Positions 37,762 to 46,562 of a stretch of 64,000 nucleotides of DNA are shown piece after piece (within the stretch, counting starts at the first letter, position 1; the number at the start of each line of letters is the position of its first letter). Source of the DNA: Deltaproteobacteria bacterium. Lineage in GTDB: Bacteria; Desulfobacterota; DSM-4660; Desulfatiglandales; HGW-15. Made by a program: the position numbers and the translations under genes. Location of the stretch: positions 13,121 through 77,120 of the forward strand of contig JAFDAM010000001.1 of assembly GCA_019313825.1 (NCBI GenBank). Direction: 5' to 3'. Under the pieces are notes generated by a model. That model worked only from the letters and a program-made list of their open reading frames with translations, ran no database searches and was not told where the DNA came from.

Positions 37762-38985
37762 TCAAAAATCCCTGACAACCCGAAATCCGATGAGGTAGTT
37801 GCTGTGCTTCGGGCTGAAGATGTTGCGATTGGCTGAGCGGACATATTTGGCCTTGGTGTACCAGCTGCCGCCCCTTAATACACGAAATCTGCCGTAGGAA
37901 GGCCCGGTAGAGTCCTTGACATCGCCCTTGAGATATGTCCCGTATAAGTCCTGACACCATTCCCATACATTACCGTGTATGTCGTACAACCCCCAGGGGT
38001 TCGGAGAAAAACTTCCTGTCTTAATTGTCCTTTTTCTATATACCCCTTTTGGGCAACCGGAAAGGGGATATTTCCCGTTATAGTTTGCCTGGTCCGTTGA
38101 AATACAGGCCCCGGTCCAGAACCGGGTGCTGGTATTGGCCCGACCGGCATACTCCCACTCAGCTTCAGCGGGCAGGCGATATCTGTCTGTCCCCTCCATC
38201 TGGTTAAGCCATTTTATGAACTCCAGGGCATCGTACCAGGAGACGCTCTCCACAGGACACTCATCCCCGCATTCTTTAAATGAGGAAGGATTATTCCCCA
38301 TCACTATCTTCCACTGACCTTGTGTCACCTCGGTCGTCTGCAAGAAAAAGGGCTTTGATATCGTTACCCAGTGCCGAATCTCATGCTTCAACCGCACCCT
38401 CTCTTCCGGTGGGCTTCCCATCATGAAACTGCCGGGGGGAATTAAAACGAACTTCATTCCGATGAAATTAGTAAAGGTCTTACTGCCCGGCGGAACTACT
38501 GTCTTCCTGAATGGCTCTATCTCCAATCTTTCCCTTTGCCTGCGTCTTTTCTGTTCCTTTTCCGTCAGCTCATCGTCCAGCATGCTGTAGGTATTGTATG
38601 TCCCGGGGGATATGAAGGCGGGGGTATTGTCAGGGCCTTGTTTATACTTTTCAGCCTTTGATAGGGGTTCTTCAAGGTTAATGGTATCAAGACACGCTTC
38701 CCGTGCTGACAGGTCTGTGCCGGAATGAACGGGCGCTCCATAATATAATACCTGAATTTTGCACCAACTATCTACTGCGGCTTGAAGCGCCTTATCTTTA
38801 AAGCTAGTTTCATGATTTTGATCCTCACCATATGGATAATATGCTTGCGGGTCAAAATCACTCCAACTTCGCTTTAAACACAAGGCTTTCGGCGCCTCGC
38901 TACGATACTTGGTGCAAAATCCAGGTAATAAGCTGACCACAATCAAACTTATCAGAAGAGTCAGTCCCATTTTTTCATGGTTCAC
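37762..38985 (-). CDS. Formylglycine-generating-enzyme (FGE/SUMF1, C-type-lectin-fold) domain protein with an N-terminal signal/anchor
   Basis: The C-terminal ~220 aa show FGE-sulfatase motifs (VSWYDA, RLPAEAEWEYA, NPWGLYDIHGNVWEW, RVLRGGSW...IGFRVV). Confidence 0.85.
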   Translation of the reverse strand: MNHEKMGLTLLISLIVVSLLPGFCTKYRSEAPKALCLKRSWSDFDPQAYYPYGEDQNHETSFKDKALQAAVDSWCKIQVLYYGAPVHSGTDLSAREACLDTINLEEPLSKAEKYKQGPDNTPAFISPGTYNTYSMLDDELTEKEQKRRRQRERLEIEPFRKTVVPPGSKTFTNFIGMKFVLIPPGSFMMGSPPEERVRLKHEIRHWVTISKPFFLQTTEVTQGQWKIVMGNNPSSFKECGDECPVESVSWYDALEFIKWLNQMEGTDRYRLPAEAEWEYAGRANTSTRFWTGACISTDQANYNGKYPLSGCPKGVYRKRTIKTGSFSPNPWGLYDIHGNVWEWCQDLYGTYLKGDVKDSTGPSYGRFRVLRGGSWYTKAKYVRSANRNIFSPKHSNYLIGFRVVRDF

Positions 38986-39170
38986 CTCCTTCTCTGATTG
39001 CCTTTTCCAGGGGGCTGTTGCCGTGGATGATTGTATTGATAGAAAACCCGTCGTGTGTAGTAAAAAGGAGCATAGAAAAATGACGTTTCTGTGTCAAGAT
39101 TATTGAATAATATCTGTTGACACATAACCGTCATTTACCTACTATCTTATCCCAGAAAACGGAGTTAGTA

Positions 39171-40412
39171 ATGAACTTCCCGGATATACAATCAGATAAG
39201 AATAACCGCCGTATGCTGGGCAAAAAGGCCGTAATACTGGTCACCAGCAGTATGACCATTATGGCCGGGGCTATCATCTCACCCTCGCTTCCTGAAATTC
39301 AAGCCGCTTTTCAGGAAGTGCCAAACGTGGAGATCCTGACTCCTCTTGTCCTGACAATTACCGCCCTGTTCATAGCAATCTTCGCGCCAATCGCGGGCCT
39401 GATCATTGACCGGTTCGGACGAAAACCACTGCTGTTGGCGTCACTCACGCTGTATGGCTTGGCCGGCAGCAGCGGGCTCTACCTGAACTCCATCTGGGAC
39501 CTGATCATTGGGCGCGTACTCCTTGGCACGGCTGTCGGCGGTCTGGTGACCTGTACGGCGACGCTGATCGCGGACTATTTCAGCGGCATTGAACGACAGA
39601 AGTTCATGGGCTTTAGGGTAGCTTTTATAAATTTTGGCGGTGTCGTCTTTCTCGTTGCCGGCGGGTTTCTGGCAGACCTGAGCTGGCGTGCCCCCTTTGC
39701 CCTCTATCTCATGGCGTTTATTGTGCTGCCGTGCGCGTATATGTGGATAGAGGAACCTCGGTTGCCAGGCAAGATAGGACGGGATATTCAAAAACCGTCT
39801 CAGGCCATTCCCTGGTCATACATACTTCTCCTGTACGGTATCGGCTCAATCGGATGGATTATTTTTTACATCATTCCCGTGAAGCTCCCCTTCTACCTCA
39901 AAGAGATGACAGACGCGTCTGCCACTCAGATAGGAATAGCCACGGGGCAATGGTCGTTTATTGGAGCGATAGTCGCATCCCAGTACCAGCACATTCGCAA
40001 GTTCTTATCATACCTGTCGGTTTTCGCGGTCCTGTTCCTCGTCACCGGTCTCGGCTTCGGAATCCTTGCCTTTGCAGACAGATACTCCGTCGTAATGTAC
40101 GCCATGACCCTGTGCGGCCTCGGGTTCGGCTTCATGATGCCAAATATCCTGATCTGGCTGTCTGAACTGGCTCCGTTGCATGTCCGAGGCAGAATCCTGG
40201 GGGGGTCGTCAACATGCAACTTTCTGGGACAATTCCTATCGCCCCTGGCGTTTCAACCTATCATCGCGACCTCCGGGCTCGGCGGCACCCTGGGAGCATA
40301 CGGCATCACGTCAATCACGGCCTTCATCCTTGGGCTTTGTTTCCTTGTATGGGCATTATTTTTCCCAATAAAGACTCCGCGCCTAAAGGACGAAACTTTT
40401 ATTACACCCTAA
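39171..40412 (+). CDS. MFS transporter
   Basis: 12-TM-like hydrophobic pattern and the MFS loop motif IIDRFGRKPLL. Start at MNFPD with GGAG upstream. Confidence 0.8.
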   Translation: MNFPDIQSDKNNRRMLGKKAVILVTSSMTIMAGAIISPSLPEIQAAFQEVPNVEILTPLVLTITALFIAIFAPIAGLIIDRFGRKPLLLASLTLYGLAGSSGLYLNSIWDLIIGRVLLGTAVGGLVTCTATLIADYFSGIERQKFMGFRVAFINFGGVVFLVAGGFLADLSWRAPFALYLMAFIVLPCAYMWIEEPRLPGKIGRDIQKPSQAIPWSYILLLYGIGSIGWIIFYIIPVKLPFYLKEMTDASATQIGIATGQWSFIGAIVASQYQHIRKFLSYLSVFAVLFLVTGLGFGILAFADRYSVVMYAMTLCGLGFGFMMPNILIWLSELAPLHVRGRILGGSSTCNFLGQFLSPLAFQPIIATSGLGGTLGAYGITSITAFILGLCFLVWALFFPIKTPRLKDETFITP

Positions 40413-40435
40413 AAGAGTGTATTAACGATAGAAGG

Positions 40436-40537
40436 CGATGACTCTCTCTTCAAGACGATATCTTTTGGGGAATTCCACTGGCCCATGCGATGGTCAAATA
40501 GGTAGTAGATATTGTCTTGAAGAGATAGATATCGCCG
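40436..40537. repeat. Family A hairpin element, internally deleted copy 4
   Basis: The outer stems are retained (TCAAGACGATATCT ... AGATATTGTCTTGA). The core jumps from GGTCAAATA directly to GGTAGTAGAT. Confidence 0.75.
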
Positions 40538-40628
40538 GATTTCAATATATTATTCAGGCAAAGCCTATTGCCTCATACAAATCAACAGTCGAGGCTTGAC
40601 ACCAATGCCAACAGAAAGGGGTAAGGGA

Positions 40629-41789
40629 ATGAAAGAAGTTGTGATTGAGGCGCTGCGCCCCTATGGGACCTCTATTTTTACCGAAATGACCGATCTGGCG
40701 GAGGCCCATGACGCCGTAAACCTCTCGCAGGGCTTTCCGGACTTTGACGGACCCGAGAAGATCAGGGAGATGGCGGCAGACGGTATCATGCGCGGACCCA
40801 ATCAGTATGTATCATCCCTGGGAATCCCGGAACTTCGCCGGGCCATAGCCCGAAAGATGAACCGATTTTACCAATTATCCGTGGATGCGGATGACGAGGT
40901 AACGGTCACCTCAGGCGCGACAGAAGGATTGTGCGCCACAATGCTGGGCATCCTGGAGCCGGGTGATGAGGTCGTTTTGCTTGAACCAACCTATGACGCT
41001 TACGCGCCCCTGGCCTCCATGGCAGGGGCGCGTATACGCTATGTACCCCTTAAAGACCCCGAATTCGGGCTTCCAAGGGAAGAGCTTGCTGAGGCCTTTG
41101 GTCCCAAGACCAAGGCCATCGTGATCAACAACCCGCAAAACCCCTGCGGCAAGGTGTTCAGCCGGGATGAGTTGGCATTCATCGGTAACCTATGTAAAAA
41201 ACATGACGCCTTTGCCATCGGGGATGAGGTCTATGAGCATCTGGTCTACAACGGCCGCAGGCATGTTCCCCTCCTGAGTGTGCCCGAACTCAGGGACCGC
41301 GCATTTATCGTCTCATCTACGGCCAAGACCTTCTCCATGACCGGATGGAAGGTGGGCTATGTGATAGCAGCCCCCGAACTCTCCCGCGCGGTGCGCATGA
41401 GTCACCAGTTCATTACCTTCTGCGGCAATCCGCCAATACAGCAGGCCATGGCCTTTGCCATGGATCTTCCCGACACTTACTACACCAGCCTTCTCAGCGA
41501 TTATACCAGGCGGCGCATCTGGCTCTGCGAAGCACTCGGGGACCTTGGATTTCTGATCCATCCGCCTGAAGGGGCCTATTACGTCCTCGCTGATATCACC
41601 CCGTTGGGTTTTGATGATGATCTTTCCTTCTGCCGTATGCTTCCAGAGCAGGCAGGCGTAGCGGCCATACCCTGCTCCTGTTTCTGGAAGGACAGGCGAA
41701 AGGGGCGTGAGCTTGTGCGCTTCTGTTTCTGTAAAAAGGATGAAACCCTCAGAGACGCGATTCAACGGCTCAGGAATTGGCTGCGTTAA
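40629..41789 (+). CDS. Class I/II pyridoxal-phosphate aminotransferase (YbdL/kynurenine-aminotransferase-like)
   Basis: NLSQGFPDFDGP, the SSTAKTFSMTGWKVGY PLP-lysine region and a C-terminal RFCF motif. Confidence 0.85.
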   Translation: MKEVVIEALRPYGTSIFTEMTDLAEAHDAVNLSQGFPDFDGPEKIREMAADGIMRGPNQYVSSLGIPELRRAIARKMNRFYQLSVDADDEVTVTSGATEGLCATMLGILEPGDEVVLLEPTYDAYAPLASMAGARIRYVPLKDPEFGLPREELAEAFGPKTKAIVINNPQNPCGKVFSRDELAFIGNLCKKHDAFAIGDEVYEHLVYNGRRHVPLLSVPELRDRAFIVSSTAKTFSMTGWKVGYVIAAPELSRAVRMSHQFITFCGNPPIQQAMAFAMDLPDTYYTSLLSDYTRRRIWLCEALGDLGFLIHPPEGAYYVLADITPLGFDDDLSFCRMLPEQAGVAAIPCSCFWKDRRKGRELVRFCFCKKDETLRDAIQRLRNWLR

Positions 41790-41872
41790 GAATCAAGTCC
41801 GGATCACGACCTTGCTTTTAGAGTGCTTTTAAAATCATTTATGGTTACAAGTTAAATTAAATATCTTAAATC

Positions 41873-42307
41873 ATGGTTAATTCCTTCACCCTAACCGGCC
41901 TGATCCGATATATAAAACTAAAACTGCTTGGCAGGGACATCATCATATCCGGCAGCTGCCTTCAATGCGGCCTCTGCTGTCGGAAATTATGCCTTGAAAT
42001 AAAAGGCAGGTGGGTAACTTCTGAAAATACGTTTTACAAACTTGTTAAGGCCAACTCTGATTATGAGCGTTTTAAGATTATCGGCCGAGATGAACAAGGC
42101 TTTCTCGAGTTCGCATGTACATGTCTTCAGGAAGACGGCTCCTGCCGCGATCACGATAATCGCTTAAAGATCTGCAGGGATTTTCCGGAAAAGGACATGT
42201 TTTTTATGAATGGTATCCTGCCCGAGGGATGCGGGTATTCTGTCCAAGAATGGGTATCCTTCGAAAAGATACTAAAGAAAACCATAAGGAAAAAAGGGCA
42301 AAAATGA
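41873..42307 (+). CDS. YkgJ-family cysteine-cluster protein (UPF0153)
   Basis: CLQCGLCC..C N-terminal cluster and C.C....GSC...D.R...C..FP, typical of the family. Confidence 0.7.
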   Translation: MVNSFTLTGLIRYIKLKLLGRDIIISGSCLQCGLCCRKLCLEIKGRWVTSENTFYKLVKANSDYERFKIIGRDEQGFLEFACTCLQEDGSCRDHDNRLKICRDFPEKDMFFMNGILPEGCGYSVQEWVSFEKILKKTIRKKGQK

Positions 42308-42470
42308 CAGAGACGCCTCCCATTGCAAGTCCTGCGGGCATGTTATTTATCAGGAGAATGACGGGGATTAGTTGTGAAAAGCAAAGAATCCACACCCAAA
42401 GGGAGTAGTTTTAAGTGGAAATTAGATGGTGGGTTTGGGAAAGCAGGGAAAGCAGGAAAGCAGGGTCCCC

Positions 42471-42499
42471 TTGACAGAAGGCCATTCTTTTCTTAGATT
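42471..42499 (+). promoter_or_regulatory. Sigma-70-like promoter candidate for the nifX-like operon
   Basis: TTGACA-17 nt-TAGATT, about 50 nt upstream of the ATG at 42548. Preceded by three tandem GGAAAGCA-type repeats (42438-42466). Confidence 0.35.
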
Positions 42500-42547
42500 T
42501 ATATGGTTTAAAAAATATCAACTTTGGATAAGGAGAGGAATAATAAC

Positions 42548-42928
42548 ATGATCATTGTATTTCCGGCCCAGGAGAATAACGGTATAGAGAGTCCGGTATA
42601 CGGTCACTTCGGTTCAGCACCCCATTTTATTGTCGTGGACAGTAAAAGCAATACTGTTAAGGCTGTTGTGAATACGGACAAAGATCATCGACACGGACAG
42701 TGACAGCCCTTGACCGCCCTGGCAGGGCGGGCCGTAGACGCTATCATCGTGGGGGGAATCGGCGCCGGTGCGCTTAACAAACTGAATGCCAAAGGAATAA
42801 TGGCATACCGTGCCGTGGAAGGTACTGTTAATGAAAACCTTGCATTGATCAAATCCGGGTTGCTCCCCTTGTTCACATTGGACCAGACCTGCGCAGGACA
42901 TGGCTCAGGTGAAGAATGTAATCATTAA
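42548..42928 (+). CDS. NifX/NifB-type (dinitrogenase FeMo-cofactor-binding domain) protein with in-frame TGA at 42701-42703: candidate selenoprotein (alternatively a nonsense-disrupted gene)
   Basis: SD AAGGAGAGG followed by ATG. The frame reads ..SPVYGHFGSAPHFIVVD..DHRHGQ-TGA-QPLTALAGRAVDAIIVGGIGAGALNKL... Both halves form one domain, and a hairpin follows the TGA. Confidence 0.55.
42714..42730 (+). promoter_or_regulatory. SECIS-like stem-loop downstream of the in-frame UGA
   Basis: CCGCCC-UGGCA-GGGCGG. The stem begins 10 nt after the UGA and the apical loop 16 nt after it. The loop contains GG. Confidence 0.45.
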
Positions 42929-42938
42929 CGGAGGTAAA

Positions 42939-43382
42939 ATGTCTCAATGTAAAAATATCAGCATACAGGATCCGGAAAGCCTGCGGGAAATGCTTTCCCT
43001 TTCAGGGTATGCTGATAAGGCAATTGATTATTTTATAAACAAGACGAATATGGGCACCCTGCCCGACGCAGATCAAGTGACGGAATTGACAGGGCCTTGC
43101 GGCGATACCATGAGGATCTATCTGAAACTGGAAGATGGACGTATTAATGACGCCAAGATTCAGGTCCTTGGCTGTCCCGCGGCGATCGCATCTGCCATGG
43201 CCACTATAGACTATATCAAGGGCATGACCCTGGAAGAAGCCTTGAAGGTTCAAGACCGGGATATCTTCCGAATGCTGGAAGCTCTTCCTGACCAGAAGCA
43301 GCACTGTATTCGGCTGACTATTAAGACCCTTCAAAAGGCGATCGATGAATATGGGAGTAAAGACAATCAGGAAGGAGAATAG
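42939..43382 (+). CDS. NifU/IscU-like Fe-S scaffold domain protein (paralogue of 4940-5383)
   Basis: GPCGDTMRIYLKL, LGCPAAIAS and QKQHCIRL motifs. Start at MSQCK after GGAGG. Confidence 0.7.
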   Translation: MSQCKNISIQDPESLREMLSLSGYADKAIDYFINKTNMGTLPDADQVTELTGPCGDTMRIYLKLEDGRINDAKIQVLGCPAAIASAMATIDYIKGMTLEEALKVQDRDIFRMLEALPDQKQHCIRLTIKTLQKAIDEYGSKDNQEGE

Positions 43383-43384
43383 AT

Positions 43385-43639
43385 ATGCCTCTTTTTGATT
43401 ACCTGTGCGTAGAATGTGGAAAATCCAGTGAAATCCTTGTCACTGCTTCAGATGACAGGCCGCAGTGTCAGGCCTGTGGCAGCATTAATCTCAAAAAACT
43501 GATTTCAGCCCACTCTTCACTGTCCGGGACGCAGACATCCTCGATCCCTGGGCTCGGTGATACAGCATGCTGCGGTTCCTCACCAGCACAGGCCGGTTGT
43601 GCCGGTCCCGGCAGCTGCTGCGGGAAGTTACAGGCATAG
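43385..43639 (+). CDS. FmdB-family zinc-ribbon protein with a Cys-rich tail
   Basis: MPLFDYLCVECG...CQACGS is the FmdB/CxxC-CxxC signature. The C-terminus carries CC..C..CC. Confidence 0.7.
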   Translation: MPLFDYLCVECGKSSEILVTASDDRPQCQACGSINLKKLISAHSSLSGTQTSSIPGLGDTACCGSSPAQAGCAGPGSCCGKLQA

Positions 43640-43906
43640 ATCAAACTACCCTGTGATTTCGGGATATCCTGCATTCTCTTTAGGATCTAAATCTCTGAAT
43701 TAGTCATAAAGACCGTTTCTTCCAACACAAACATCTTTCCTTTACCACATTTTATTTCATGTGTCCTGGAGTTCCCGGGCAATAATGAGGTTATAATGGG
43801 ACCCAAGATATTTCAGCTTTATTACATTGGATCAAGTGCATCGAAAATATTCCGCTCGCGTGAAATAGGCGCTTATGTAGGCCCGATAATATTGTCTGTT
43901 TTGAGC

Positions 43907-43935
43907 TTGACACATAATAGTCTTTTCCCTATATT
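43907..43935 (+). promoter_or_regulatory. Sigma-70-like promoter candidate with a ~300-nt leader before the RnfB-GltD fusion gene
   Basis: TTGACA-17 nt-TATATT. The same CTTGACACATAAT 13-mer also occurs at 8687-8699. Confidence 0.4.
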
Positions 43936-44237
43936 TCCTGAAAAAGTGCGGTTTTACCGCTGCATCCGGAGTGTGCAGGGAAATATAAAATATATGATAT
44001 TTTACAACACCCTCCTTCTGTGCCTGACTATAGACCACCAATAAACAGCCTGTAAAAGGATAAACTCCGGACCTCTTCCTTCTGCAGTTTTATGGTTTAT
44101 CGTCTCCTTTCAGAGATTCTGGATGGAGTGTCAGGGAATTATTTACGTAATTTTAATAAATGGATGTATAAAAACGCCAGGTCTGGGTCCGCCGTCCGGG
44201 CAAAACAGACTAACAGACGTAATATCAAGGAGACATT

Positions 44238-46358
44238 ATGATTCAAGCGACACTTTTTATGATGGGATTGGGTGCATTTTGCGGCCTTGTGCTGAGTGCC
44301 GCATCGCGAATATTCTACGTGTATGAAGATCCCCGAATCGAACTTGTGGAAGAATGCTTTGCCGGTGCCAACTGCGGTGGATGCGGTTTTGCCGGATGTT
44401 CTGCCGCTGCCGTAGCGGTAGTGAAAAATAAGGCCGCCCCTAATCTCTGTATAGTGGGTGGGGCGGAATCCGCAACAAACGTTTCAGACGTAATGGGCGT
44501 GGAGGCCGAATTGGCAGAGCCCTTAACCTGCTTTAATCCCTGTCAAGGCGGGGACCGTGCCCAAGATAAATTTATTTATATAGGCGTCAACAGTTGCAAA
44601 GCCCAGTCCATGCTTTACGGCGGCAAACGGACATGCGCGGTCGGATGCCTTGGGCATGGAGACTGTGTCCGGGCATGTATGTTTGATGCCCTGAAGATGG
44701 GACCGGATGGTTATCCGATTGTAGACGAGAAAAAATGCGTCGGGTGCGGCGCCTGTGAACGTGCATGCCCAAAAGAGATCCTGAATATAAAGACTCCTTC
44801 GGAACGGCTCCTTCATTTCAACCAGTACAGTGATCGTCTCGCCCCATGCAGACAGACCTGCCCCGCTGAGATAAACATCCCCCTCTATATAGCCCAGATC
44901 CGAGAAGGGGATTATGAGGGGGCGGTCCATACCATCAGGGAAAGGAATCCACTCCTCCTCTCCTGTGGCCGCGTATGCCCCCATCCCTGTGAAGACATCT
45001 GTCGTCGGGGAATAGAGGACGAAGCAGTATCCATCAACCAGCTTAAACGTTTTGCGGCAGACTATGAGATGACATCAGGTAAGCGTCTTCCAATATCTGT
45101 AGCCCCTTCCACAAATAAAAGGATTGCGGTGGTGGGTGGTGGACCTGCCGGGCTCAGTTGCGCTTACTTTCTGAGGAGATTGGGACATGATGTGACCATC
45201 TTTGAGGCAATGCAGAAGCTTGGCGGTATGATCCGTTACGGGATTCCTGAATACCGTCTTCCAAAAAAGATACTTGACTGGGAGATAGAAGGTATACTCA
45301 ATCTCGGTATAGAGAGTCATACAGGTGTAAGGTTCGGAATTGATTTTGATCTTACATCTCTTGTCGCCTCCGGTTATGATGCGATCTTTCTGGGTCTTGG
45401 CGCGTGGAAAGACTATACCTTGGGCGTTGAAGGCGAAGACCTTAACGGTTGTTACACTGGCATCGATTTTCTCTCAAGACTTACACGAGGAGAAAAAATA
45501 CCCATGGGTAAAACCGCGATTATCATTGGTGGTGGAAACTCTGCCATTGACTGTTCAAGAAATCTTCTTCGCTATGGGGTTGAAAAGGTCTATATTGTTT
45601 ATAGAAGAACCCGCAAAGAGATGCCCGCCAATGAGATGGAGATAGAGGCCGCAGAACATGAAGGCGTGGAGCTCTTCTTCCTCGCGGCGCCGGTGAGTGT
45701 TAAAAGCGATGAAGATGGAAATGTTACGCATCTTGAGTATCTTAAGATGGAACTTGGCGAACCTGATGCAAGCGGAAGACAAAGGCCGGTCCCGATTGAA
45801 GGCACGGAAACTCTTCTTCAGACCGATATGGTTATCACCGCCATTGGTCAGACCCCTGATATCTTTTTTAAAGACGATGAAACCCAGAAACGCCTTAATC
45901 AACTTAAGACTACCCGCTGGAACACTATAGATACGGACCCTGCTACACTTCAGAGCAGTATCCCTTATATATTCACAGCCGGTGATTCTGCCACAGGCCC
46001 TGCCCTTGTTGTTTCCGCCATTGGCGGAGGCCGCAGGGCAGCCCGTTCAATTCACCAGTTTGTAATGGGGGAAGAAGTTAAGGCATCGGATAATGAACTT
46101 TTCAACAAGAATATACCCGGAACCATATTTGACAAAGCAGAAGGTATTTCACGAAAATCCAGGTCCGCAATGGTAGAGCTTCCGGCAGCTGAAAGGATCA
46201 AGTCTTTTCTTGAAGTGGATCAAGTCCTGACAGAGGATGCTGCCGTTCAAGAGAGCCAAAGATGTCTCTCTTGCTGCCTGACATGTTACGACCCGGACCA
46301 GTACCTTACCAACATATCCCCCGCGGGCTACCATCGCAGTGAGTCAAAGGCCGCTTGA
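44238..46358 (+). CDS. Fusion protein: RnfB-like membrane-anchored Fe-S domain + 2x[4Fe-4S] ferredoxin + glutamate-synthase-small-subunit-like (GltD) NAD(P)H/FAD oxidoreductase
   Basis: N-terminal TM followed by CGGCGFAGC (RnfB-type), CVGCGACERACP, then GltD-like RIAVVGGGPAGLSCAYFL..YGIPEYRLPK and a second dinucleotide fold IIGGGNSAIDC. Confidence 0.8.
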   Translation: MIQATLFMMGLGAFCGLVLSAASRIFYVYEDPRIELVEECFAGANCGGCGFAGCSAAAVAVVKNKAAPNLCIVGGAESATNVSDVMGVEAELAEPLTCFNPCQGGDRAQDKFIYIGVNSCKAQSMLYGGKRTCAVGCLGHGDCVRACMFDALKMGPDGYPIVDEKKCVGCGACERACPKEILNIKTPSERLLHFNQYSDRLAPCRQTCPAEINIPLYIAQIREGDYEGAVHTIRERNPLLLSCGRVCPHPCEDICRRGIEDEAVSINQLKRFAADYEMTSGKRLPISVAPSTNKRIAVVGGGPAGLSCAYFLRRLGHDVTIFEAMQKLGGMIRYGIPEYRLPKKILDWEIEGILNLGIESHTGVRFGIDFDLTSLVASGYDAIFLGLGAWKDYTLGVEGEDLNGCYTGIDFLSRLTRGEKIPMGKTAIIIGGGNSAIDCSRNLLRYGVEKVYIVYRRTRKEMPANEMEIEAAEHEGVELFFLAAPVSVKSDEDGNVTHLEYLKMELGEPDASGRQRPVPIEGTETLLQTDMVITAIGQTPDIFFKDDETQKRLNQLKTTRWNTIDTDPATLQSSIPYIFTAGDSATGPALVVSAIGGGRRAARSIHQFVMGEEVKASDNELFNKNIPGTIFDKAEGISRKSRSAMVELPAAERIKSFLEVDQVLTEDAAVQESQRCLSCCLTCYDPDQYLTNISPAGYHRSESKAA

Positions 46359-46402
46359 TTCAGTCTGAGACTCTCCGTTTTGTCGGAAGGTAAACCGGTT
46401 TT

Positions 46403-46533
46403 CTGGATGGAGCGTTCAGCTCTCAGCGGTCAGCGGTCAGCCAAATACCTTGAAATTAAATGCCTTTTGCTGACGGCTGAATGCTGATAGCTGATAGCAT
46501 GAATCCAAAAACAGCTGTTTTTGGATGAACACT
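46403..46533. repeat. Inverted-repeat element, left copy (pairs with 62928-63067)
   Basis: Its reverse complement is collinear with the right copy (AGTGTTCATCCAAAAACAG.TGTTTTTGGATTCATGCTATCAG...CAGCCGTCAGCAAAAGGCATTT...GAACGCTCCATCCAG). Contains heptamer arrays cagcggt x2 and ctgatag x2. Confidence 0.85.
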
Positions 46534-46562
46534 ACTTCACTTTAGTCACTTATAACTTTCTT

